This document shows, one piece after another, positions 26,008-34,279 of a DNA stretch of 49,818 nt. The first letter of the stretch is position 1. Each line of letters starts with the position of its first letter. Below the pieces are notes generated by a model. It saw only the letters and a list, made by a program, of their open reading frames with translations, had not been told where the DNA came from and made no database searches. Source of the stretch: an uncultured Candidatus Saccharibacteria bacterium (lineage in GTDB: Bacteria > Patescibacteriota > Minisyncoccia > Minisyncoccales > CAYTKG01); contig CAZTOB010000001.1 of NCBI GenBank assembly GCA_964615425.1, positions 6,369-56,186 of the forward strand. The letters run 5' to 3'. Both the position numbers and the translations under genes were made by a program.

Positions 26008-28047
26008 ATGAACAAAAAAGAAGCAAAAAAGAGGATAGAAAGTTTGAAAAAAACTATCCGCCACCACCGGTATTTATATCACGTATTGGATAAGGAAGAA
26101 ATTTCCGAAGAAGCATTAGACTCCTTGAAAAAGGAGTTGTTTGATTTGGAGCAAAAATACCCGGACCTCATTACTTCTGATTCGCCGACCCAAAGAGTCA
26201 GCGGAGAACCTCTTGAAAAGTTTGAAAAGTTTGAACATCCTTTTCCTATGCTTTCCATGAATGACGCTTTTTCTCGTGACGATATGGAAAGTTGGCAGGA
26301 AAGAAATGAAAAGCTTTTGACATCTGAGAAGAAAAAAAGATTGACATATTTTTGCGAACTCAAGTTTGATGGGTTGGCTATAGAGTTGATTTATAAAAAC
26401 GGTGTTTTAAAAACAGCTTCCACACGAGGAGACGGTAAGGTGGGAGAAGATGTTACAGCCAACATTAAAACTGTTAAAACTATCCCTTTTAAGCTTCGAC
26501 CTTTGGAAAAGGTAAAAAACGAGGTGGGGCTTTCTTTCGATATTAAAAAAGCCTATTCGGAAATTGTTATCAGGGGAGAAGTCCTGATAAAAAAGAAAAA
26601 TTTTGAAAAAATTAATAAAAAAAGAAAAAAGAGAGGAGAAGATGAGTACGCCAATCCGCGTAATTTAGCGGCTGGAACGGTGAGGCAGTTGGATCCCAAG
26701 GTGGTTGCGGAAAGAAATCTTGATTTTTTTGCTTATGAAATAACGAGTAATTTGGGGCAGAGTTTTCACCGAGAGGAGCACGAGGCTCTTGAGGCCCTCG
26801 GTTTTAAAACCAGCCAGGAAGAAAAGGTTTGTAGAAACTTGGATGAAGTTTTTGAATTTTTTGAGGAAATAAAAGAAAAGAGAGATGAATTTTCTTATGA
26901 GATAGACGGTGTAGTGGTTTCTGTTAACGAGAAAGATATTTTTGAAAAGTTAGGGGCGGTGGGGAAGGGACCAAGAGGTATTATAGCTCTTAAGTTTCCC
27001 CTGAAAAAAGCAACAACCAAAGTAAGAGATATAAATGTACAAGTGGGAAGGACCGGCGTTTTAACTCCGGTTGCCGTCTTGGAGCCGGTTGAAGTGGGGG
27101 GGGTTACAATTACCCGCGCTACTTTACATAATGAGGAAGAAGTTGAAAGGTTGGGTGTTAAAATAGGGGACACGGTAGTAGTGGGCCGGGCGGGAGATGT
27201 TATTCCCCGGGTTGTCAAGGTTTTACCTAAGATGAGATCCGGGAACGAGAAAGAGTTTAAAATGCCGGATGAATGTCCCGTCTGCGGGGAGAAAGTTGTA
27301 AAACCTGCCGGGGAAGTGATAAAAAGATGTCCTAATCCTGATTGTCCTGCTAAAAAAAGAAAAAACTTTTATCATTTTGTAGGCAAAGGGGCTTTTGATA
27401 TTGAAGGGCTGGGACCTAAAATCGTTGATAAGCTTTTAGATACTGGATTGGTTCAAGATCCGGCTGATCTTTTTGATCTTAAAAAAGGCGATCTTTTGGC
27501 TTTAGAAAACTTTAAAGAAAAAGCGAGCGAAAACTTAAAAGAAGCAATCGAAGCTTCAAAAAGAATTTCTCTTCCCCGTTTCCTTTATGCTTTGAGCATA
27601 AGAAATGTCGGGGAGGAAACCGCCTTTTTATTAGCCAGAGAGTTTGAGAGTTTAGAGAAGATAAAAAAAGCTTCCAGGGAGAAACTAGAGGAAGTCTCCG
27701 ATGTCGGACCGGAAGTAGCAGGATCCATTAAAAAATGGTTCAATAAAAAAGAAAACATTGATTTTTTAAAAAAGCTGCAAAAAAAAGGGGTGATCATTGA
27801 AGAATTTGAAGGCGAGGGTCCACTTGCGGGCAAGAAATTTGTTTTTACAGGCGGACTTGAATCTTTTTCCCGCGAGGAGGTAAAGAAAAAAGTGAGAAGT
27901 TTGGGAGGCCTTGTTTCTTCTTCTGTTTCAAAAGATATTGATTATCTGGTGGTTGGGAAAAATCCTGGCAGTAAACTGGATAAAGCTCGAAAAATAGGGA
28001 TTGATGTTTTAAAAGAGGAAAGCTTTTTAAATCTTTTAAAACAATGA
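26008..28047 (+). CDS. ligA: NAD-dependent DNA ligase LigA
   Basis: It has the adenylation motif CELKFDGLAIEL, an OB fold, a Cys4 zinc finger (CPVCGEKV...CPNPDCPAKK), HhH repeats and a C-terminal BRCT (GKKFVFTGGL). Confidence 0.95.
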   Translation: MNKKEAKKRIESLKKTIRHHRYLYHVLDKEEISEEALDSLKKELFDLEQKYPDLITSDSPTQRVSGEPLEKFEKFEHPFPMLSMNDAFSRDDMESWQERNEKLLTSEKKKRLTYFCELKFDGLAIELIYKNGVLKTASTRGDGKVGEDVTANIKTVKTIPFKLRPLEKVKNEVGLSFDIKKAYSEIVIRGEVLIKKKNFEKINKKRKKRGEDEYANPRNLAAGTVRQLDPKVVAERNLDFFAYEITSNLGQSFHREEHEALEALGFKTSQEEKVCRNLDEVFEFFEEIKEKRDEFSYEIDGVVVSVNEKDIFEKLGAVGKGPRGIIALKFPLKKATTKVRDINVQVGRTGVLTPVAVLEPVEVGGVTITRATLHNEEEVERLGVKIGDTVVVGRAGDVIPRVVKVLPKMRSGNEKEFKMPDECPVCGEKVVKPAGEVIKRCPNPDCPAKKRKNFYHFVGKGAFDIEGLGPKIVDKLLDTGLVQDPADLFDLKKGDLLALENFKEKASENLKEAIEASKRISLPRFLYALSIRNVGEETAFLLAREFESLEKIKKASREKLEEVSDVGPEVAGSIKKWFNKKENIDFLKKLQKKGVIIEEFEGEGPLAGKKFVFTGGLESFSREEVKKKVRSLGGLVSSSVSKDIDYLVVGKNPGSKLDKARKIGIDVLKEESFLNLLKQ

Positions 28048-29144
28048 AAACAACCAAAAAAAACTTGGGGAAAATAGATTGGGTGCTTGTCTTTACTGCT
28101 CTTTTTTTATCTTCTTTTGGAGCCTTGTCTATTTACAGTTCTTCCTTTTTTCGGGATAATTTTTTAAACTTTAGAAAACAAGTGGTTTTTATTGCCTTGG
28201 GGCTTGTTTTGATGTTTTTGGTTAGTTTTTGCGACTGGCGGATGTTTAAGGATCAGTCTTATGTTCTTTTGGGGATTTGGCTTGTTTTGGTCTTAAGCTT
28301 GTTTTTTCTTTTTATTCTTGGGCAAAAAACCAAGGGGGTAAAAGGATGGTATCGTTTCGGTGCTATTTCTTTTGATCCTGTTCCTTTTATGGAAATATCT
28401 CTTATTCTCGTTTTAGCTAAATATTTTTCAGAGAGACACGTTGATCTTTATAATTTTAAACACATAATAATCTCCGGGGTTTACGCTTTTCTTCCCTTCC
28501 TGTTTGTTTTTTTTCAGCCGGATTTGGGCTCGGCGGTTTCTTTCGGGGTGATTTGGATTGGAATCCTTGTGGCCTCCGGTATTAAAATTAAGGATTTTCT
28601 ATTTCTAATGGTTGTCTTTTTAATAATTTCTGTTTTAGCATGGTCTTTTCTTTTAAAACCCTACCAAAAAGAAAGAGTTTTTAATTTTCTTTTTCCGGAA
28701 GAGGATGTTTTGGGAGGAGGATGGAGCCAGATGCAGTCTAAGATAGCGATCAGCACCGGAGGGTTGTGGGGAAAAGGTTTTAAACAGGGTGAACAGGTTC
28801 AAAGGGGATTTTTAACCCTCCCTCAGACTGATTTTATCTTTGCTTCCATTGCTCACGAATTCGGACTGATGGGCGTAACTTTTCTTTTGGCTTTGGTTTT
28901 GATTTTATGTTGGAGAATTGTTAAGGTATGTTACGAGTCCCGTGGAAACTTTCCCCGACTTTTTGCTTTGGGATTGGCTATTTCCCTCTTTTTTCAAGCC
29001 TTTGTTCATGTCGGAATGAATCTTGGAATTCTACCTATTGTAGGCCTTCCCTTCCCTTTGGTTAGTTATGGAGGAAGCGGGATCATTGCTAAGTTCTTAG
29101 GACTCGGTATTTTACAAAGTTTGGTAACTCATCCGGAAAAATGA
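28044..29144 (+). CDS. SEDS-family peptidoglycan glycosyltransferase (FtsW/RodA/SpoVE)
   Basis: It is a ten-TM-type protein with FQPDLGSA, SQMQSKIAISTGGLWGKGFKQG, LPQTDFIFASIAHEFGLMG and PLVSYGGSG. Confidence 0.85.
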   Translation: MKTTKKNLGKIDWVLVFTALFLSSFGALSIYSSSFFRDNFLNFRKQVVFIALGLVLMFLVSFCDWRMFKDQSYVLLGIWLVLVLSLFFLFILGQKTKGVKGWYRFGAISFDPVPFMEISLILVLAKYFSERHVDLYNFKHIIISGVYAFLPFLFVFFQPDLGSAVSFGVIWIGILVASGIKIKDFLFLMVVFLIISVLAWSFLLKPYQKERVFNFLFPEEDVLGGGWSQMQSKIAISTGGLWGKGFKQGEQVQRGFLTLPQTDFIFASIAHEFGLMGVTFLLALVLILCWRIVKVCYESRGNFPRLFALGLAISLFFQAFVHVGMNLGILPIVGLPFPLVSYGGSGIIAKFLGLGILQSLVTHPEK

Positions 29145-30154
29145 AAAAGATGTTGACATTTGTCATTTCTTTGCTTTTGGGCCTTGTTTTTGTTTTTGGT
29201 CTTTTCAGGTATTTTGTAGCCTGGCAGGAACTTGAAGAAAGTATCTCTTCTTTTTCCTTTTGGAAATGGACTCTGGTTTTAGCAACCTCCTTTTTATGCC
29301 TTTTGTCTGCTTCCTTGAAGTGGCGGGCGATCCTTAAAAGCTTTGGTTCAACCGCTTCTTTTAGGACTATTTTTGAGGCCCATTTCTCTGCTTTTGCGAT
29401 TACCTACCTTATCCCCCCCGCTATTTTTTGGGCTGATTTTTTTAGAGCCAGGGCGGTGGAGGATGAAATATCATTGACCAAAAGGATCGCCTCTGTTTTT
29501 TCAGATAGGATTTTGACTACTTTTTTTGATCTTCTCCTTATTTGTCTCGGCTCGTTTTTGTTTTTTAAGGAAGCGGACGGTTTTTTTGGTAGGTTCACTC
29601 ATATATATCTCGGCTTTTTATTCTTTTCCGCTTTTATAGTTTTCTTCGTCTTAATCTTTCTTCTTTATTCTAATCTTCTGCAGAAAATGGGCATATTGAA
29701 GCTTTTTTTGAATTCTTTTTCAAAAGAGAATGATATCGGAGGGAAGGTTAAAAAAGAAATAATGAAATTTTTTAAAAACAGGGAGGGTGGGTTGAAAAAG
29801 GTACTTCTTCTGGGGCTTCTGCGCAGTTCTTTAATGGTTTTTCAGTGTTTTTTAATTGTTACTTTTTTGGGAAACCAGGTGGGTGTTTTGGAAAGTTTAG
29901 CCATTTTTGGCCCTACCACCGCTTCTTTGGAAACCCCCATTTCGGCGGATTTGGGAAGTCACGATTTAACTTCCGCTTTGGTTTTTAAAGGGGTCGGCTT
30001 AACCAAAGGCAGTGGAGCGGCTTATGCTTTTATCTTCCGAGGAGCGAACTTAACCCTTGTTTGTTTGGGATCTTTTTTTCTTCTTAAGATCGGCCTTCGT
30101 TCTTTCCGAAAAAGGATAGTTTCCAAGGCAAAGAAAGTATTTAATAATTTGTAA
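29141..30154 (+). CDS. Multi-pass membrane protein, flippase-like (UPF0104 / LPG-synthase TM-like)
   Basis: It has about eight hydrophobic helices and overlaps the upstream gene by 4 nt. The family assignment rests on architecture only. Confidence 0.45.
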   Translation: MKKMLTFVISLLLGLVFVFGLFRYFVAWQELEESISSFSFWKWTLVLATSFLCLLSASLKWRAILKSFGSTASFRTIFEAHFSAFAITYLIPPAIFWADFFRARAVEDEISLTKRIASVFSDRILTTFFDLLLICLGSFLFFKEADGFFGRFTHIYLGFLFFSAFIVFFVLIFLLYSNLLQKMGILKLFLNSFSKENDIGGKVKKEIMKFFKNREGGLKKVLLLGLLRSSLMVFQCFLIVTFLGNQVGVLESLAIFGPTTASLETPISADLGSHDLTSALVFKGVGLTKGSGAAYAFIFRGANLTLVCLGSFFLLKIGLRSFRKRIVSKAKKVFNNL

Positions 30155-30155
30155 A

Positions 30156-31898
30156 ATGTCGAACCTACGTCTTTCAAAAATTTTTAAGGAAATAGCAGAT
30201 TTCCTTGAAGCGGAGGAAGTGGATTTTAAACCCCGGGCTTACAGGAGAGCGGCTCGCAGCATTAAGGATTTAGACGTAGAAGTTGAAAAGATTTACGAAG
30301 AAAAGGGAAAAGAAGGTCTTAAGAAAATACCGGACATAGGGGAAAGTATCGCTCAAAAAATTGTTGAGTTCTTGGAAACTGGGGAGGTTGAATATTTAAA
30401 AAGTTTAAGAAAAAAAGCCCCCTTTAAAGTGGAAGAGTTGACCAGAGTGGAAGGCTTGGGACCCAAGAGTGCTAAAAAGCTTTTTAAGAAGCTTGAGATT
30501 AGAAACCTCAAAGACCTCAAAAGAGCCGTTAAAAAAGGAAAGGTAGCTGAGCTTGAAGGGTTTGGAAAAAAAAGCCAAGAAAATATTGCTCAAGCCATTG
30601 AGTTTCTTGAGCATTCTACGGGTCGTTTTCTTTTGGGTGAGGTGTTGCCGCAGGTAGATAGGTTAAAGGAAGAGCTATCTCACCTGGGTCAAATCTCAAA
30701 AATGGAGGTAGCCGGTTCGGTAAGAAGGATGAAAAAAACTATTGGTGACGTGGATCTTTTGGTTACGGTTCAAGGGGGAAAGAAAAGTAGAAAAGCGCAA
30801 GAAGTGATGGAATTTTTTACTAATATGCCGGGAGTAATTAAAGTTTGGAGCAGGGGGCCCACACGCTCTTCGGTTCGGCTTCAAGAGGGAATCAATGTGG
30901 ACTTGAGAATTGTTTCACCTTCTTCGTTCGGATCCGCTCTTCAATATTTCACCGGGTCTAAGGAGCACAACATCGTGGTTCGTGGAGTGGCAAAAAATAA
31001 AGGAATGAAACTAAATGAATATGGTCTTTTCAAAAATGAAAAAAAAGTTGCCGGCAAAGATGAAAAAGAAATTTATAAAAAGCTAGGAATGCCCTACATC
31101 CCTCCCGAGATTAGAGAAAACAGAGGAGAGGTCCAGGCGGGGCTTAAAAATAATTTACCGAATTTAGTGAAAGAGCAGGACCTAAAAGGTGATCTTCATA
31201 TGCATTCCGACTGGAACGGCGGAAAACATTCTATCTCCGAAATGACAAAGGTCTTAAAATCGATGGGCTACAAATACGGAGGCATCTCGGATCATACTAA
31301 GTTTTTAAAGGTTGAAAACGGATTAGACGAGGAAAAACTTTTAAAGCAAAAAAAAGAGATAAAAAGGATCAACCGCAGGCTGAAAGAAGCGGATTTTGTT
31401 TTACTTCAAGGGTGTGAGGCTAATATTTTAAAAGACGGATCTTTAGATATGGGAAAAGAAATTCTTTCCAAGATGGATTATGTAATTGCGGGGGTTCATT
31501 CTCATTTTCACATGGGAAAAGAAGAAATTACGAATCGTTTGATTAAGGCTGTTCAAAATCCTCAAGTCAATATTATTTCACATCCTACGGGTCGCATCTT
31601 AAAAAGAAGAAAGGAATTTGATATTGATTGGGATAGATTTTTGAAGGCAGTTCGAACAAACAAAGTTGCCCTGGAGATAAACTCCAGCGTGGCAAGACTT
31701 GACTTAGACGGGGAAATGGTGAAAAAAGTTAAAGAAGCAGGGGTGAAAATGGTTATTGGGTCTGATTCGCATGCCAAGACTTATCTTTCCGGGATACGTC
31801 TTGGGGTGGGGCAGGCAAGAAGAGGATGGGCGGAGAAAAAAGACATCATTAACTCTTGGGAGTTGGAAGATCTTCTGAGTTTTTTTTCAAAATCTTGA
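30156..31898 (+). CDS. polX: Family X DNA polymerase with C-terminal PHP domain (PolX)
   Basis: N-terminal HhH motifs are present. The Pol-beta nucleotidyltransferase core carries GSVRRMKKTIGDVDLLV. The PHP domain carries GDLHMHSDW, ISDH, HPTG and GSDSH. Confidence 0.85.
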   Translation: MSNLRLSKIFKEIADFLEAEEVDFKPRAYRRAARSIKDLDVEVEKIYEEKGKEGLKKIPDIGESIAQKIVEFLETGEVEYLKSLRKKAPFKVEELTRVEGLGPKSAKKLFKKLEIRNLKDLKRAVKKGKVAELEGFGKKSQENIAQAIEFLEHSTGRFLLGEVLPQVDRLKEELSHLGQISKMEVAGSVRRMKKTIGDVDLLVTVQGGKKSRKAQEVMEFFTNMPGVIKVWSRGPTRSSVRLQEGINVDLRIVSPSSFGSALQYFTGSKEHNIVVRGVAKNKGMKLNEYGLFKNEKKVAGKDEKEIYKKLGMPYIPPEIRENRGEVQAGLKNNLPNLVKEQDLKGDLHMHSDWNGGKHSISEMTKVLKSMGYKYGGISDHTKFLKVENGLDEEKLLKQKKEIKRINRRLKEADFVLLQGCEANILKDGSLDMGKEILSKMDYVIAGVHSHFHMGKEEITNRLIKAVQNPQVNIISHPTGRILKRRKEFDIDWDRFLKAVRTNKVALEINSSVARLDLDGEMVKKVKEAGVKMVIGSDSHAKTYLSGIRLGVGQARRGWAEKKDIINSWELEDLLSFFSKS

Positions 31899-31902
31899 AA
31901 AT

Positions 31903-31929
31903 AAAAAAACCACCGACGGTGGTTTTTAG
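31903..31929. terminator. Bidirectional intrinsic terminator between polX (+) and rplT (-)
   Basis: aaaaaaaccaccg-a-cggtggttttt is a hairpin with an A run on one side and a T run on the other. Confidence 0.7.
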
Positions 31930-31941
31930 TTTTTATTCCTT

Positions 31942-32292
31942 TTATTTCTCTTTTACTTCGCTGACGATTTCTTTAAAAACGCCGGGTTTTTGAACTGCAA
32001 GTTCGGAAAGAACCTTACGGTTGAGCTCTATCCCTTCTTTTTTTAAAAGGTGGATAAAACGTGAGTAGGTTAATCCCATTTTCCGCACGGCGGCGTTTAT
32101 TCTCATCTGCCATAATCTTCTGAAAAACCTTTTTCTTGTTTTTCTGTCTCTGTAAGCGTAAGTTAGAGCTTTAAGCCGGGCTTGCTTGGCGGCCCTGTAT
32201 TTTCTGCTTCTTTGCCACTTATAACCTTTAGCCTCTTTTATGAGGCCTTTTTTTCTTTTTCTTCTGGCTGAGCTTTGAGTAGAACGTGGCAT
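31942..32292 (-). CDS. rplT: 50S ribosomal protein L20
   Basis: MPRSTQSSARRKRKKGLIKEAKGYKWQRSRKYRAAKQA... is the canonical L20 N-terminus, and the length fits. Confidence 0.95.
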   Translation of the reverse strand: MPRSTQSSARRKRKKGLIKEAKGYKWQRSRKYRAAKQARLKALTYAYRDRKTRKRFFRRLWQMRINAAVRKMGLTYSRFIHLLKKEGIELNRKVLSELAVQKPGVFKEIVSEVKEK

Positions 32293-32293
32293 A

Positions 32294-32488
32294 TCAACCT
32301 GTTTTAAGTAGTCTTTTAATTATCTTGGCCTCTCCTTTTGAAACAGGAACCCATTTTCTCTGACTTCTTTTTTTGTCGCCTGATTTTTTAGCACGAAAAT
32401 GGTTTTGCCCGCATACGCGCCTTAAAACTTTACCCGTTTTTGTTATTTTAAATCTTTTTTGCAGTGATTTTCTTGTTTTTCCGCTCAT
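32294..32488 (-). CDS. rpmI: 50S ribosomal protein L35
   Basis: A 64-aa basic protein (KTRKSLQKRFKITKTGKVLRR...) sits between infC and rplT. Confidence 0.9.
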   Translation of the reverse strand: MSGKTRKSLQKRFKITKTGKVLRRVCGQNHFRAKKSGDKKRSQRKWVPVSKGEAKIIKRLLKTG

Positions 32489-32991
32489 GTTTTTTTTGAA
32501 ATTATCGTTGCCAATCCTCCTCTTTCTTTTTTGATCTTCCTTTCTATCTTGATGGGAAGTTCTTTTTTAACCTCTTCTAGGAAGTGGTTTATCTTTTTTC
32601 TGGCGTGGTCCTTTAAGGCGTGCTCCCTGCCTCTTAAACTCAAAAGAACTCTTACTTTATAGTTTTTATTCAGGAATTCAATTGTTTTTTTCTTTCGTGT
32701 TTCAAGGTCGTGTTCCGAGATGTTGAAAGTCAATCTGATTCCCTTTATTTCCCCGGCTTTACTTTTTGTTTTTGAAGACTGCTCTTTTTTCTTTTGTTCG
32801 TAAAGATATTTCCCGTAGTCAAGGATTTTACAGACCGGCGGGTCAGTTTGTGTTATTTCCACCAAGTCCAAACCCCGCTCTTCGGCTTTTTCAAGCGCTT
32901 CTTTGGTGGGAACCACTCCTATATGTTCCCCCTTGTCTATGAGGCGCACCTTGCCGGCTCTTATCTCTTTGTTTTTTCTTGGTTTGTCGAT
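32485..32991 (-). CDS. infC: Translation initiation factor IF-3; probable non-AUG start (ATC at 32991; the track start is an internal GTG at 32949)
   Basis: The frame is open back to the TAA at 33003..33001 and encodes IDKPRKNKEIRAGKVRLIDKGEHIGVV. NxEIRAxxVRLI is the conserved IF-3 N-terminus and lies upstream of the GTG. No ATG, GTG or TTG lies upstream in frame. Confidence 0.8.
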   Translation of the reverse strand: MDKPRKNKEIRAGKVRLIDKGEHIGVVPTKEALEKAEERGLDLVEITQTDPPVCKILDYGKYLYEQKKKEQSSKTKSKAGEIKGIRLTFNISEHDLETRKKKTIEFLNKNYKVRVLLSLRGREHALKDHARKKINHFLEEVKKELPIKIERKIKKERGGLATIISKKT

Positions 32992-33008
32992 ATTAAAAAA
33001 TTAGGTTG

Positions 33009-33355
33009 TGGAGATGGGGAGATTGAACTCCCGTCCAAAACTTTCGCGAGCGTGTTTCTACAAGCTTAGTCCATTTGTTTTTTTCAAGAAACCGAGTAGT
33101 AAATGGACAAAATCTTCGATTTCTTTATCCCTTTTGTTTCGAAAGATTTGCTGGGAAGACAAACCTTTCTATCCCAATATATGATGCCGGATCTTGACTA
33201 TTGAGAATCGTCAAGGCGGCACTACCCTTAAGCGTAAGCTAGGGCAGGTTCGAAATCAAAGTTGGCATTTGTTTGCCTTCCAGGTTTTTGATCAGTTTCC
33301 TGGAAACTGAGCTTGCGGCATTCTCACAATAAGTTTTGTCGATGCATGCATCCCC
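33009..33355 (-). ncRNA. ssrA: tmRNA (SsrA), about 347 nt, CCA not encoded
   Basis: On the minus strand the 5' end is ggggatgcatgcatcgac and the 3' end is ggacgggagttcaatctccccatctcca. The acceptor ggggatg/catctcc contains a G3:U70 pair (alanine identity). An internal frame GCC AAC TTT GAT TTC GAA CCT GCC CTA GCT TAC GCT TAA encodes ANFDFEPALAYA. The gene sits directly downstream of smpB. Confidence 0.8.
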
Positions 33356-33372
33356 ATTGTTAAACAACAAAA

Positions 33373-33822
33373 CTAACGACGCTTTTTTAGTTCGCGTCTT
33401 ATCTCTCTTTTGGCCTGTCTTTTTCTTATTGCTTCTCTTTTATCGTACTGTCTTTTTCCTTTAGCTAGTCCTATCTTTACTTTTATCAGGCCACTTTTAG
33501 TATATACCTTCAAGGGTATTAAAGTCAACCCCTTTTGACTTGTTTTGCCGATAAGGTGTCTTATCTCTCTTTTTTTCAAAAGAAGCTTTCTTTTTCTTTG
33601 GGGATTATAATTTTGGGGAGCGTTAGCGGGTTGATAAGGGGGAATGTTCGCTCCCAGGAGCCAAACTTCTCCGTCTTTGATTTTCGCGTAACTTCCCTTT
33701 ATCGATATTCTCCCCTTTTTAGCTGCTTTTACTTCTTGGCCTGTTAAAACTATCCCTGTCTCTAAAGTTTCAAGGATACGATATTCATGATAAGCTTTTT
33801 TGTTTTTAGCTAAAACCGGCAT
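33373..33822 (-). CDS. smpB: SsrA-binding protein SmpB
   Basis: NKKAYHEYRILETLETGIVLTGQEVKAAKKGRISIKGSYAKI... is present, with a basic C-terminal tail, as in canonical SmpB. Confidence 0.95.
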   Translation of the reverse strand: MPVLAKNKKAYHEYRILETLETGIVLTGQEVKAAKKGRISIKGSYAKIKDGEVWLLGANIPPYQPANAPQNYNPQRKRKLLLKKREIRHLIGKTSQKGLTLIPLKVYTKSGLIKVKIGLAKGKRQYDKREAIRKRQAKREIRRELKKRR

Positions 33823-33863
33823 TTGTTTAATTTTAACAGATTGTTCGCAACGCGTAAACGGTG

Positions 33864-33892
33864 TTGATTTTTAATGAATGTTGATTTAAAAT
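33864..33892 (+). promoter_or_regulatory. Candidate sigma70-type promoter (TTGATT - 17 nt - TAAAAT) for the ferritin-like gene
   Basis: ttgatt is at 33864-33869 and taaaat at 33887-33892. A second tgttgattt copy abuts the -10. Confidence 0.35.
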
Positions 33893-33921
33893 GAAAACAA
33901 TTAACAAATTAAAGTGAAAAT

Positions 33922-34206
33922 ATGCTTGCTAAATTTCCAATTGATTTAAAAAAGGTAAAAAAAGAGGATATAGACAAGGAAATACTAAGAGTCGGTCTTA
34001 TTGCCGAACTGGATGCTATAAATCTTTATGAGCAGCTGGCCGCAGAAACAGACGATTCTCACCTTAAAAAGGTTCTCTTAGATGTTGCTAAAGAAGAAAA
34101 AGAGCATGTTGGTGAATTTCAGGCCCTTCTTTTGGAAAGAGACCCAGAACAGTTGGAGGAAATGGAAGAAGGAAAAAAAGAAGTTGAGGAAATTATTAAC
34201 GAGTAA
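33922..34206 (+). CDS. EncFtn-like (encapsulated-ferritin family) two-helix ferritin-like protein
   Basis: AELDAINLYEQLAAETDDSHLKKVLLDVAKEEKEHVGEFQALLLERDP matches, by eye, the EncFtn pattern E-x-x-A-x-x-x-Y...D/NxxEEKEH...L. These are the Glu/Glu-x-x-His ferroxidase ligands. The 94-aa size fits. Confidence 0.5.
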   Translation: MLAKFPIDLKKVKKEDIDKEILRVGLIAELDAINLYEQLAAETDDSHLKKVLLDVAKEEKEHVGEFQALLLERDPEQLEEMEEGKKEVEEIINE

Positions 34207-34235
34207 CCCTGCTTTTTAATTAAAGTAGGGTGGTT

Positions 34236-34260
34236 ACAAAAGGGGCCTGGCCCCTTTTGT
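34236..34260 (+). terminator. Intrinsic terminator after the ferritin-like gene
   Basis: acaaaaggggc-ctg-gccccttttgt is followed by ttgt. Confidence 0.55.
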
Positions 34261-34279
34261 TTGTATAAACAACTTAAAT

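Noticed and set aside
33862-33887. Direct repeat TGTTGATTT x2 upstream of the ferritin-like gene as a Fur/PerR-type operator.
   Set aside because: There is no dyad symmetry or resemblance to the GATAATGATAATCATTATC-type box beyond AT-richness. The first copy is adequately explained as the -35 hexamer of a promoter with 17-nt spacing.
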